From Myxococcales bacterium (GTDB lineage Bacteria; Myxococcota_A; Polyangia; Polyangiales; Houyiibacteriaceae), in contig CP070713.1 of assembly GCA_020351445.1 (NCBI GenBank), forward strand, positions 2,848,184-2,892,737: a stretch of 44,554 bases of DNA. The letters are read 5' to 3'. Of the stretch, positions 35,701 through 43,962 are shown piece by piece. The translations under genes were made by a program, and so were the position numbers. The notes below the pieces were generated by a model, which saw only the letters and a program-made list of their open reading frames with translations, ran no database searches and was not told the DNA's origin. Positions within the stretch are counted from its first letter, which is position 1. Each line of letters starts with the position of its first letter.

Positions 35701-37443
35701 TGCGACATCGCCTACCTCGATGTGTACCGTCGCCTCGCGGCGCTCTACCGAAGTCAAGGGCGGCTGGACGCGCTTGCAGCCCTCACGGATGCGCGCATCG
35801 ACGCAGGCGCCGACACGCCGATGCTCGTCAGTCTCTTGCTCGAAAAGGCGCGTCAGCGCCGGGACCGCGGCGACTTGGAGGGGGTCATCGATGCCCTGCG
35901 GGAATGCTTGGAGCTCGACCCTCATCACTTCGCCGCTCTCAAGGAGCTCGTGGATGCGCACCGCGCCGCGCAAGACTGGCAGGGCGCCGCCGAAGCCTTG
36001 ATTCGGATCGCGCGTTTGAACCGCACCGCCGATGAGCAGGTCTGGGCGTTTACCCAGCTTGCGGAGGTCTACGACGTGCACCTGCAAGATCTTCCCCGTG
36101 CCGAGGCTTCACTTCGCCGCGTCGCCAAGCTCGTGCCGGCGCACATCGAAACGCTGGATCTCCTCGCGTCGGTGCTGAGCCGCCAGGACAAGGCCCTCGA
36201 AGCCGCGAGATTGCTCGAGGAGCTCGTCCGGCGAGCTGGCAGCGACGTACAAGAGCGCGACTACCGGATCCGGCTCGCGACCGAAGTCGAGGCGGCGGGC
36301 GAGGCGCGACAGGCCGAGCTCATGCTCGAGAATTTACGGGCCGAGCGACCGACCGACCCAGACGTCATCCTGGCGCTTGCGGACCACTTCCAACGCCAGG
36401 GCGCGGACCCCGCCGAAGCAATGCATCTGAACCGGGCCGTCGCTGACCTTCGAACCGCCATCGACACTCATCCCGACAGTGAAAGCCTGTGGACGACCCT
36501 CGTGCGCGTGCTCAACCGGCGGCACGGCCCCGGCCCAGCGTCTTGCGCCGCCAGCGCAGCCATCGCGATCGGCCACCCTGCCTCGCTTTTCGAGGGCGAT
36601 GTCACCACCCGCGACGAAGCCTTGGGCGAAGCCAAGGTTCCTTTGTCTAACGTCGTCGACAGCATCGTGGCGCCACAGGGCTTGCCGCACCCGGTGCGGC
36701 GCCTCTTCGCGTTGTGCGAGCACTCGTTCGACAAAGTGTTGCCTTTCGACGCAAGCGCGTGGAACCTGCGCAGACCATCCGGGCCGCACCGTGGTCTGAT
36801 CGAAGAAGCGGGTGCCGTCGCCGAGGTCCTCGGGATCAGCGAGCCGCGTTTGAGGGTCACCTACGTGGCGCCGGCGGCTTGCATGCCCATCACCGGCGAC
36901 CCGCCCACCATCGTCGTCGGTGGGAACTTGCATGAGCTGACCACCCCACGGGAGCGGGTGTTCCTGTTCGCGCGCGCGTTGAAGGTCGCGAGCAATCACT
37001 TGGCGCCGGCGCTGCGTGCGCGTCCGCAGGAGCTCGACGTGGCCCTGCTCGCTCTGCTTCAAGGCCACGGGGCGAGCCACGAGCAGCGCGCGGAGCCCCG
37101 ACAGATGCAGGAACTACGAAGGAAGCTGCTCAAAGCCGTGCCCCGCCGTTGGCGCGACGAAGTCGAAAGCTTGGTGCTGGAATTGCGGGGCGACGCGGCT
37201 TTCTCGACACGGGCCGTTCCATTCGCAATCACCGAGCTCGGAAACCGTGTGGCCCTGACCCTAACGGGGGACGTTCCATCGGCCGTGAACGCTCTACTCA
37301 AGATCTCTGGACACGATGTCCCAGCCAACGACACGGGCCGGTTGAGCGCGATTCGGGAGACGCCAGAGGCGTCAGCCTTGATTCGCTTCGCAATTAGCGA
37401 CGCACATTTTGAAGCCCGGACCCAAGCTGGTGTAGATCCCTAG
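32740..37443 (+). CDS. Giant TPR/alpha-solenoid protein 2 (1567 aa), paralogue of the upstream gene
   Basis: The ATG overlaps the upstream stop (ATGGCTGA). TPR-like units recur (AARNYERALAADARDVIVLRAL, ATSAYGRVLQLQPTLLTAHLGV, VIDALRECLELDPHHFAALKEL). The C-terminal ~330 aa form a non-TPR module (..IVVGGNLHELTTPRERVFLFARALKV..). Confidence 0.8.
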   Translation: MAEDDLSQADRESAPPSFDFDEDAITTLLDTFVETQTGPQAKRVSRPPNPSDSGAQAAQRTVFQHTSRHEALPLVGDAPETKKRRIELLEALAERAVGSARARLLTSAAELREHLGDAAAAARNYERALAADARDVIVLRALRRHAMGREDWTAAADALEREASLELSATDRASALKLLAHIQLSKLRDPASAEQAATHAAELREDDFVAWVLMASARLARGDSVRAAEALMCAAELWPNAEAQALILLHAAQLMESAGALELATSAYGRVLQLQPTLLTAHLGVIRAARGLDQPEAALQALYEAAECASAPIAAALRRTTVAARQESGRLDAVIALLDGAEDTASLWTLAETAALAGDNQRAIEAFSANASGPTPETRAVCHARRARLHAEQGESARFAQASRDAQAEPSLEPYVQAWGRLVVADAEGGSELRQLLETISDGAKGVSSRMIRADDAARVGDGASFVAALERELDEAPDDLALGAALAIAEIADATSVIDRRTALLRAEERVPGDPTIGRALLLEDGDPERSAERWTAESEATAGERSTFALTMAARFALPGSEAAIGACEAALERTTDYWPALWELEDALGSAEARAASAATQATLDPADQTAALRASMWTSSPSDRLVHAEAALNPDAPDPLLVEHLFQAAGGATETAGDLMALAARHLELVPYLERAAASYRSAGLPALAAKALREASAAHPDDPSIRVQRKAAELQASEFARLADSAMHRAREAIDDAERLGAFSAMAEVDRLARRDMQSARLSLQSIAEIRPDHIPTARALEWDALRENDNERIRSSARRLLEALPPDSADRLARHRLILELLRTDADILQPDIDRMLRGIDDALGADPSLARQVLGAAYSRGESILALQALTALEATLDDDLERGALALDAARLLQRLGDTERALEVLDAAQGHPLAREGEARLLQAAKRWEDAAVVYQDAAARAKDSHRAASLWREAACIFEEDLDDHGRAIDAWVAAATCDIAYLDVYRRLAALYRSQGRLDALAALTDARIDAGADTPMLVSLLLEKARQRRDRGDLEGVIDALRECLELDPHHFAALKELVDAHRAAQDWQGAAEALIRIARLNRTADEQVWAFTQLAEVYDVHLQDLPRAEASLRRVAKLVPAHIETLDLLASVLSRQDKALEAARLLEELVRRAGSDVQERDYRIRLATEVEAAGEARQAELMLENLRAERPTDPDVILALADHFQRQGADPAEAMHLNRAVADLRTAIDTHPDSESLWTTLVRVLNRRHGPGPASCAASAAIAIGHPASLFEGDVTTRDEALGEAKVPLSNVVDSIVAPQGLPHPVRRLFALCEHSFDKVLPFDASAWNLRRPSGPHRGLIEEAGAVAEVLGISEPRLRVTYVAPAACMPITGDPPTIVVGGNLHELTTPRERVFLFARALKVASNHLAPALRARPQELDVALLALLQGHGASHEQRAEPRQMQELRRKLLKAVPRRWRDEVESLVLELRGDAAFSTRAVPFAITELGNRVALTLTGDVPSAVNALLKISGHDVPANDTGRLSAIRETPEASALIRFAISDAHFEARTQAGVDP

Positions 37444-37447
37444 AACG

Positions 37448-38041
37448 ATGCGGTTGGGTTTCATCGGTCCTGCGGACACGGACGCGGACGCTCTAGAGCA
37501 GGCGGCCAAGCTTCTCATTTGCGACTTCGAGGCGGACGCGGTTATCTACCTCGGCGAAGACGACGCCCTTCTGGAATTCGTCGCCGCACACGAGTCGGAG
37601 GACAACGAGCACCCGATCGAGCAACGAGTCGCTCAAGTCGCTGCGACCGGCTCCCCGGACGACATCGAAGATGTCCTGCGAAAGCTCCGCGGCGCCCTCT
37701 ACCTCGGCAAGCTGCGAATCGCGCCTCCGCCGCCGACACGCGCGATGGAAATGCTCGATGATCGCATCGTCCTCATCGTTCGACACAAGTCGACTATCGG
37801 CGAAGAGGACGTCATCAATTCGAACATCGTCGTCTACGGCGATGCGGGCGAGCTGATGTTCAAGCGCTTCGGGCCCCGCTGCTTCTTCAGCCCAGGGCCT
37901 CTCGATGACGGGCATGTGGGCCTACTCGACGATCAATCCGAAGCCGGCGGCGTCGTGCTGAAGGCGATCGACCTGAGCGGTGATGTCTGGTGGAGCGAGC
38001 CGATCCAAGGCCGGGGTGCCAAAGTCATGGTGGCACCATGA
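37448..38041 (+). CDS. Metallophosphoesterase-fold (YfcE/MJ0936/Vps29-like) protein with degenerate metal-ligand motifs
   Basis: This 197-aa protein has a block order matching the small MPP family: MRLGFIGPADTD (cf. MKIxxxSDTHG), AVIYLGEDD (cf. VIHxGD), IVLIVRHKS (cf. xxxTHGH), IVVYGDAGE (cf. VIxGHTHx), FFSPGPL (cf. xINPGS). It starts 4 nt after the TPR2 stop and its stop overlaps the nadD ATG. Confidence 0.55.
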   Translation: MRLGFIGPADTDADALEQAAKLLICDFEADAVIYLGEDDALLEFVAAHESEDNEHPIEQRVAQVAATGSPDDIEDVLRKLRGALYLGKLRIAPPPPTRAMEMLDDRIVLIVRHKSTIGEEDVINSNIVVYGDAGELMFKRFGPRCFFSPGPLDDGHVGLLDDQSEAGGVVLKAIDLSGDVWWSEPIQGRGAKVMVAP

Positions 38042-38601
38042 CCACCCGACGGATCGCGTTTTATGGAGGCAGCTTCGATCCGCCTCATCTCGGGCACGTC
38101 CTTTCGGTCGCATGGACACTCTCTGCCACCGAGATCGACGAAGTGTGGATCATCCCGACCTGGAAACACGCGTTCGACAAGGAACACGGCGCACCATTCG
38201 AGCAGCGCATGTCGATGTGTGAGCTCGCTTTCGCGCCTTTCCGGGGCGTCGAGGTGTCCGACGTCGAACGGCGCTTGGGGGGCGTCAGCAGAACGCTTCG
38301 CACCCTCGAAACGCTCGAGGCGGAGCACCCCGACGCGGTCTTTCGGCTTCTCGTCGGCGCCGACGTCCTGCCCTCGACCGATCGCTGGCACCGCTGGGAC
38401 GAGGTTGCGAGGATCGCGCCACCCCTCGTGATCGGCCGGCAAGGCTATCCTGTCCCAGAGGGGTGTCCGATCTCGATTCCAAACATCAATTCCACCGACA
38501 TCCGCTCTGGACTCATCAATGCGGGCGACATCACCGGGCTCGTTCCGTTCGCCGTCCTCGAGCACATCCGATCGCATGGCCTCTACCAAGGCGACCGGTG
38601 A
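38038..38601 (+). CDS. nadD: Nicotinate-nucleotide adenylyltransferase
   Basis: RRIAFYGGSFDPPHLGHV (the GxFxPxHxGH motif) and the C-terminal INSTDIRSGL (ISSTxxR-type) are present. I place the start at ATG 38038, which gives an ATGA overlap with the upstream stop, not at the track start 37990. Confidence 0.9.
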   Translation: MTTRRIAFYGGSFDPPHLGHVLSVAWTLSATEIDEVWIIPTWKHAFDKEHGAPFEQRMSMCELAFAPFRGVEVSDVERRLGGVSRTLRTLETLEAEHPDAVFRLLVGADVLPSTDRWHRWDEVARIAPPLVIGRQGYPVPEGCPISIPNINSTDIRSGLINAGDITGLVPFAVLEHIRSHGLYQGDR

Positions 38602-39395
38602 ACGTTCTGATCATCGGGCGTGGCCGGGTTGGAAACGCGCTACGGAGGTCATTGAAATCGAGCGAGGCACATCAGGTCGCGGCCGCAGGTCGCCGCTGGA
38701 AGTCCTCTAGCGTGCAGGCCGCCGACACGATCGTCCTCGCGGTTTCCGATGACGCCATCGAATCGGTCGCTCGTGCCATCGCACCGGACTTGAGCCCCCG
38801 CGCGACGGTGCTCCATTGCGCCGGCGCGCGGGGAACCGATGTGCTTCGAGACTGCGAGGCGCGCGGCGCCGCAGTGGGCATCATGCACCCGCTGGTTTCG
38901 TTTCCGAGCACTCGCACCAATCCAAGCCTGCAAGGCACGACCTTCACCGTGGATGGGTCGCGCCGCGCCGTCGCGACCAGCCGCCGTATCGCCAAAGCGT
39001 GCGGAGCTCGCATCGTGGTTGCCCAGACGGGTGATCCTGCATATCACGCCGCTGCGGCCCTGGCCGCGAATGGCGCAGCGGCGCTCGCATTCGTGTCGGT
39101 TGGTGTGCTCCAGCGCCTCGGCTTCGACAAGCGCGCGGCTGAGCGCGCGATAGGCGGGCTGCTAGGGAGCGTGGGTGAGAACATTCAGAGCCTAGGCATT
39201 CCTGGCGCCCTCACGGGGCCGATTGCGCGGGGCGAGGCACAATCCGTTGCGAGTCACCGAAAGGCGCTCCGCCGCGTGAGCCGAGATGCGCTCTCCGCCT
39301 ACGATGCAATGGTCCCGATCATCGTGAAGTGCGCACGAGCGGCAGGCTTGTCGGAAGCAAAAGCATCGAAGATCCTGCGCGCGTCAGAGCGGTGA
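38598..39395 (+). CDS. Rossmann-like / DUF2520-type putative oxidoreductase
   Basis: A GTG start at 38598 (GTGA overlap with the nadD stop) gives VNVLIIGRGRVGNALRRSL (GxGxxG). The C-terminal half is helical and Ala-rich, as in DUF2520 proteins. The upstream part of the track ORF (from 38463) lies inside nadD in another frame. Confidence 0.65.
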   Translation: MNVLIIGRGRVGNALRRSLKSSEAHQVAAAGRRWKSSSVQAADTIVLAVSDDAIESVARAIAPDLSPRATVLHCAGARGTDVLRDCEARGAAVGIMHPLVSFPSTRTNPSLQGTTFTVDGSRRAVATSRRIAKACGARIVVAQTGDPAYHAAAALAANGAAALAFVSVGVLQRLGFDKRAAERAIGGLLGSVGENIQSLGIPGALTGPIARGEAQSVASHRKALRRVSRDALSAYDAMVPIIVKCARAAGLSEAKASKILRASER

Positions 39396-39403
39396 GCTCG
39401 ACG

Positions 39404-41863
39404 TCATTCCGCGGCTTCGACCGAGCCCGCGCCTGGCTCGAAGCGAATACCGTCGACTTCGCCCACCGCAAGAATGCGATCGCCACGTTGGAACTCGCCA
39501 CCGAGGATCGCGGTTGCCAATGGCGCCTCGATCATGCGTCCAATCGCACGGCGCATCGGACGCGCGCCGAGGTCCGGGTCGTACCCACCGAGCTCGATTA
39601 GCGAATCGATCGCGGTGGTGTCGACGCTGAGCTCGACCCCCTGCCGCTCACGGAGCTGCTGCGTGACGCCTGCAGCCATCCGACAGGCGATCTCGCCGAC
39701 CTCGTCGCGGCTCAGCGGACCAAAGAACAACGGCTCGTCGATACGGTTCCAAAGCTCAGGCGGAAGCGCACGCCGAGCTGCGGCCACGGCGGCGGACAAC
39801 CCGTCCTCCGATCCCGATGAAGTGCCGCGGAAGCCGATCGAGCCTTGGCTTCGGCTGGCGTGCTGCGAACCCAGGTTCGACGTCATGACGACGATCGTAT
39901 GCGTACAATCGACGGTCCTGCCCTTCCCATCGGTCAGCCGGCCATCTTCGAGGAGCGGTAGTAGCGACTGAAGCACATCCATGTGTGCTTTTTCGATTTC
40001 GTCGAGCAAGACGAGCTGGTAGGGCCGATGACGAATCGCTTCGGTGAGCTGGCCGCCGGTGTCATGACCGATGTAGCCGGGAGGCGCACCGATCAGCTTC
40101 GCCACCGCATGGGACTCGCTGAGCTCGCTCATGTCGATGCGAGTCATCGGACACCCCATGAAGAAAAGCTCGTTGAGCGCCCGCGCGGTTTCGGTCTTGC
40201 CGACACCCGTGGGGCCAAGGAACAAGAACGTCGCCAATGGACGGTGCCCATGAAATCCTGCGGCGCCCTTGCGCAGCGCATCGGAGATGCGCGTCATAAC
40301 GTCGACGTGACCGACCACGTGCTCTGCGAGATGCTGCTCGAGCTCGAGAAGCTTCTGCGAGTCAGTCACCAACAGGCGTTCGACGGGAACCTGGACCTTG
40401 TCCGCAACGACCTGTGCAACGGCTTCTCGGTCGACGACGGCGCCACCTCTACGGCGAGTGCGCGCACCAGCCAAATCGAGAATACCGATCGCTTTGTCTG
40501 GAAGCGTCTGCTCCGGCATGTAGCGCACCGAGAGTTCGACAGCCGACTCAACGGCCGTCGGCTCGTACGCGATGCCGTGATGAACCTCGTAGCGCGGCGT
40601 GATTCCACGAAGAATCTCGATCGCGTCGTCGGCGGTTGGCTCGGCGATGTGAATCGGTGAAAACCGACGCGCCAGGGCAGCGTCTCGGTCCACGTACTTG
40701 CGGTACTCGACGTCGGTCGTCGCACCGATGCACGGAAGCTCGCCTCGGGCGAGCGAGGCCTTCAGCTCGTGGGCCAGATCGTCCGGCGCATCTCCTCCGG
40801 TGAAGAGCGTGTGCACTTCATCGATAAACAGAACGATCTTGCCGTTGGCCCGCTTCACCTCGAACTGGAGCCGACGCATCCGCTCCGAAAGTGCACCGCG
40901 CACCCCGGTGCCGGAAACCAGCCCGCCCGCAGAAAGCTCGACGAGAATCGTGCCCTCGAGCCCGCGCACGCCTTGTCCGCCTTGCGCAAGCCTTCGCGCT
41001 AGGCCTTCCACAATGGCGGTTTTGCCCACGCCCGGGGGGCCCACGAGAATCGGATTGTTCGATCGCCTCCGAGCCAACACGTCGAGGAGCCGCTCGATTT
41101 CGTCGTCGCGGCCAATGACCTCGTCGATGCGCCCCAGCGAAGCCATCTCGGTCAGGTTGCGGCCGAGCTTGACCAGCGTCGGGTACTGGCGCGCATCCAA
41201 GCCGAATGGCGATGACGAGGGAACGATGAGCTCGTCTTCCGGTGCGTCTTCTGGCGCATCGGGCGGCGCGTCCATGGACGCGTCGGGGGGTCCCTGGATC
41301 GGCGCTTCGATCACTGCATCCTCTTCGGGCTGCTCGACGCGCAGCTCGATCAACGGGGCGGGTTCGGCGGACCTGCGCGCGGATGGGCGCGACGGCTTGG
41401 GCGTCGGTTCGGGCGACAACGACGCAGCCGGCCTGATGTGCGTCGAGGTTGGCGAGCTGTGCGCGTCGTCCGGTTGAAGCGCACTCTGCACCGCTTCTTG
41501 CACGCGCCGAGAGCCCGCTCCGATCACCTCGAGGCTTCGATGGGCGGCGCTCCGCGTGTCGCGTGCGACCGCAAGAAGAAGATGCGCAGGCAGCACTTGT
41601 GCCGCGTCCGTTGCTTTGGCGAGCCGGTAGGCGCTTTCCACGGCTCGCTCGAGGGCACTCGTCGGCTCCGAGTCCACCACGCGAATCGCGCTCAACAGGT
41701 CGCCTTCCTTCACCCCGAGTTGAGACAGGAGCTTCCCCATGGGGCCGGCCGTCTGCAGCATCACCAGAAGCAGGTAGGCCGTGGATGGCCTCTGCGCGCG
41801 CCTCTGCGCCTCGCGCTGCGCGCGTGCGACCAGTCCTTTGACCCCCCCGCTGACCGTCGTCAT
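39404..41863 (-). CDS. ClpA/ClpC-type double-ring AAA+ unfoldase (Clp_N domain, no ClpB-type M-domain)
   Basis: A Clp_N repeat lies at the N-terminus. The D1 Walker A is ILVGPPGVGKTAIVEGLA and the D2 Walker A is FLFLGPTGVGKTETARAL. The sensor region is RPMRRAI. An IGF tripeptide (QGSIGFRG) sits where the ClpP-docking loop lies. There are only ~45 aa between DKAIGILDLAG and the D2 entry, so there is no coiled-coil M-domain. Confidence 0.88.
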   Translation of the reverse strand: MTTVSGGVKGLVARAQREAQRRAQRPSTAYLLLVMLQTAGPMGKLLSQLGVKEGDLLSAIRVVDSEPTSALERAVESAYRLAKATDAAQVLPAHLLLAVARDTRSAAHRSLEVIGAGSRRVQEAVQSALQPDDAHSSPTSTHIRPAASLSPEPTPKPSRPSARRSAEPAPLIELRVEQPEEDAVIEAPIQGPPDASMDAPPDAPEDAPEDELIVPSSSPFGLDARQYPTLVKLGRNLTEMASLGRIDEVIGRDDEIERLLDVLARRRSNNPILVGPPGVGKTAIVEGLARRLAQGGQGVRGLEGTILVELSAGGLVSGTGVRGALSERMRRLQFEVKRANGKIVLFIDEVHTLFTGGDAPDDLAHELKASLARGELPCIGATTDVEYRKYVDRDAALARRFSPIHIAEPTADDAIEILRGITPRYEVHHGIAYEPTAVESAVELSVRYMPEQTLPDKAIGILDLAGARTRRRGGAVVDREAVAQVVADKVQVPVERLLVTDSQKLLELEQHLAEHVVGHVDVMTRISDALRKGAAGFHGHRPLATFLFLGPTGVGKTETARALNELFFMGCPMTRIDMSELSESHAVAKLIGAPPGYIGHDTGGQLTEAIRHRPYQLVLLDEIEKAHMDVLQSLLPLLEDGRLTDGKGRTVDCTHTIVVMTSNLGSQHASRSQGSIGFRGTSSGSEDGLSAAVAAARRALPPELWNRIDEPLFFGPLSRDEVGEIACRMAAGVTQQLRERQGVELSVDTTAIDSLIELGGYDPDLGARPMRRAIGRMIEAPLATAILGGEFQRGDRILAVGEVDGIRFEPGAGSVEAAE

Positions 41864-42033
41864 CCGGCTCCGTTCCTGGCTCGGAGTTAGCGGTCGCCGC
41901 CTTGGCGCACAACTTTTTGGCGGTCCCCAAAACCACGGAAGGTGAAAAGCCTACATTTCACTACCTTATCACCCTGTCACTGTAATGTTCCAGTTGTTAG
42001 CTTGATTCTGGACCACAACCCCAGGAGCAAGCT

Positions 42034-42570
42034 GTGAATCCACGTCTCGCATTCGTCGCAACCGCTTTGGCAGCCCTCGTTTCATCCGTGACCCCCTGGC
42101 AGGACGCCGACGCCGCCTCGGGCCTGCGAGCAAGGATCTATCTCACGCAAAGAGGCATTCCGCGCTCTCTCTCGGAGTCGGGTGTCATTCGCTTCGCCCA
42201 GTCAAACAAGGCGACCCGGCTGCGTGAAACCGTCGATGCGCCGATCGAGGATCGCCAATGGCGGGCAACCCTCGTTGCGAACTTCAACGCGCCGGTCGGC
42301 GACTCGGAGTTCGAAGTTCTCTTCTATGACATCCAGACCGCCGAGCGGAAGTTCATCGCACCCGCGATGACGGTCTTCGTCAACGACCGCAATCAGCGTA
42401 CGATCGTGCACAAGCTCCGGCTCAAGCGCCCTCAATTCGAACCCAACCGGCGGCTCGAAATGGTGGTCACCGTGCGCCGGCAAGAGGTCGGTCGTTACCG
42501 CTTTCAAATTCTCGGGGACAGGGTACAACACAGCGGCGAAGTCACCTTCACGGATGACGAAGCCCGCTAA
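42034..42570 (+). CDS. Secreted hypothetical protein (signal peptide)
   Basis: The start is GTG with an AGGAG 8 nt upstream. The N-terminus MNPRLAFVATALAALVSSVTPWQDADA looks like a Sec signal peptide. I recognised no family. Confidence 0.55.
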   Translation: MNPRLAFVATALAALVSSVTPWQDADAASGLRARIYLTQRGIPRSLSESGVIRFAQSNKATRLRETVDAPIEDRQWRATLVANFNAPVGDSEFEVLFYDIQTAERKFIAPAMTVFVNDRNQRTIVHKLRLKRPQFEPNRRLEMVVTVRRQEVGRYRFQILGDRVQHSGEVTFTDDEAR

Positions 42571-42573
42571 GTC

Positions 42574-43575
42574 GTGCCAACCATCAATGATGTCACCAAG
42601 AGGGCCTCGAAAGGCTCGCTCGACCCGGTCTATGTCCTGGTCGGCCCCGAACGGCTGCTGATCGAACGCGCGGTCGATGCCGTGCGCAAGGCGGTCGACT
42701 CGATGGGCGCGCCCGGCTTCAACGTCGAGCTGTTCGACGGCAAAGGCCTCGAGGCAGCGCCCGTGATCTCCGCTGCCCGAACGCTCCCGATGATGGCCGA
42801 CATGCGCCTGGTGTTGGTACGCCACGTCGACGCAATGACACCGACCGAGCAGACGAATCTCGCAGAATACTTGGACGATCCGTGCGATACCACGTGTTTC
42901 GTCCTCACGGCGGCCAAGCTCGATGGGCGTGCAAAGCTCGCAAAAACCGCCAAGAAAAAGGGCTATCTCGTCGAAGCCAAGGCGTTTCGAGGACGTGAGC
43001 TGCGAGAGTTCATCCGCGCCGAGGCCACGGCAAGAGAACACAACATCGCGCCGCAAGCGATCGAAGCGCTGCTCGACGCGGTGGGGGATGACCTCGCTGC
43101 CATCGACGACGCGATCGAGCGCTTGTCGCTGTTCGTTGGAGCGGGCCAGCGAATCGACGCCGAGGCCGTCATGATGTGTGTGACACGCATCCGGGTGGAG
43201 TCGATTTGGAGCTTGGTCGATGCCATCGGCCTCAAGGACCGACGCAAGGGAATCACAGCCGCGCAGTCGTTGCTCGACGATCGGGAGCCGCCGCTCCGGC
43301 TGCTGGCGATGGTCGCGCGCCAGCTCCGCATCGTCGCACGCATGCGCGAGGCGCTGTCCGAGGGTCTACGCCCCCAAGAAGCGGCCAAGCGCGCGGGTGC
43401 CCCACCCTTCAAGGCCGCCGACCTCACCGAGTCAGCCCGGCGATTCACCGCGGACAGCCTCGGCCAAGCATTCGCGCTCATCGCGGAAACCGATCGCGCG
43501 CTCAAAAGCAGCAAGCGCCCGTCGGACGTGATCCTGCAGGATGCAGTGCTCGCGCTCTGCGCAGACCACCACTGA
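42574..43575 (+). CDS. holA: DNA polymerase III delta subunit
   Basis: The 333-aa length and PVYVLVGPERLLIERAVDAVRKA, FNVELFDGK, ARTLPMMADMRLVLVRHVD and CFVLTAAKLDGRAKL are typical of HolA. The GTG start lies 3 nt after the upstream stop. Confidence 0.85.
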   Translation: MPTINDVTKRASKGSLDPVYVLVGPERLLIERAVDAVRKAVDSMGAPGFNVELFDGKGLEAAPVISAARTLPMMADMRLVLVRHVDAMTPTEQTNLAEYLDDPCDTTCFVLTAAKLDGRAKLAKTAKKKGYLVEAKAFRGRELREFIRAEATAREHNIAPQAIEALLDAVGDDLAAIDDAIERLSLFVGAGQRIDAEAVMMCVTRIRVESIWSLVDAIGLKDRRKGITAAQSLLDDREPPLRLLAMVARQLRIVARMREALSEGLRPQEAAKRAGAPPFKAADLTESARRFTADSLGQAFALIAETDRALKSSKRPSDVILQDAVLALCADHH

Positions 43576-43595
43576 CGCGAGGTCTGGGTTCAGCC

Positions 43596-43856
43596 CTAGA
43601 GCGCGTTGACTTGGTGGGTCAGCCTGGAGATGTAGCGCGAGCCGGTCTTGCGATGGTAGATGCCCTTCGAGACCGCGCCGTCGATACGGCTTACAGCCTG
43701 GATGAGCGCCTTCTTCGCAGCATCGGCATCGCCCGCCCGAATGGCAGCGCGCACGCGCTTCACGCACGTACGCACGTTGGTGCGGATGTGCCGATTGCGC
43801 GCGGTACGCTTGATGGTCTGGCGGGCTCGCTTTTTTGCTGAGGCGTGGTTGGCCAC
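43596..43856 (-). CDS. rpsT: 30S ribosomal protein S20
   Basis: GTG at 43854-43856 gives VANHASAKKRARQTIKRTARNRHIRTNVRTCVKRV..., 86 aa in total. A GGAGGA SD lies upstream at ~43864-43870. The track ORF extends upstream artefactually to 44210. Confidence 0.92.
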   Translation of the reverse strand: MANHASAKKRARQTIKRTARNRHIRTNVRTCVKRVRAAIRAGDADAAKKALIQAVSRIDGAVSKGIYHRKTGSRYISRLTHQVNAL

Positions 43857-43883
43857 TCTGATATCCTCCCCGTGGGGACGCGG

Positions 43884-43912
43884 GTGGTAGCCCTGCCCGG
43901 GAGGGCTGTCAA
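43884..43912 (-). promoter_or_regulatory. Candidate sigma70-type promoter of rpsT
   Basis: On the minus strand the sequence reads TTGACA (43907-43912), a 17-nt spacer, then TACCAC (43884-43889), about 28 nt upstream of the start codon. The spacer is a near-palindrome (GCCCTCCCGGGCAGGGC). The -10 element is weak. Confidence 0.3.
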
Positions 43913-43962
43913 GCCGGTCACAACAGCCTTGCGGGCCCCGCTCCGACCAGACATACACGCTC

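Noticed and set aside
41902-41921. Sigma54-like TTGGCGCACAACTTTTTGGC in the clp / secreted-protein divergent region
   Set aside because: TGGCGC resembles the -24 element, but the -12 position reads TTTT instead of TTGC, and the GG-to-GC spacing does not fit GG-N10-GC.
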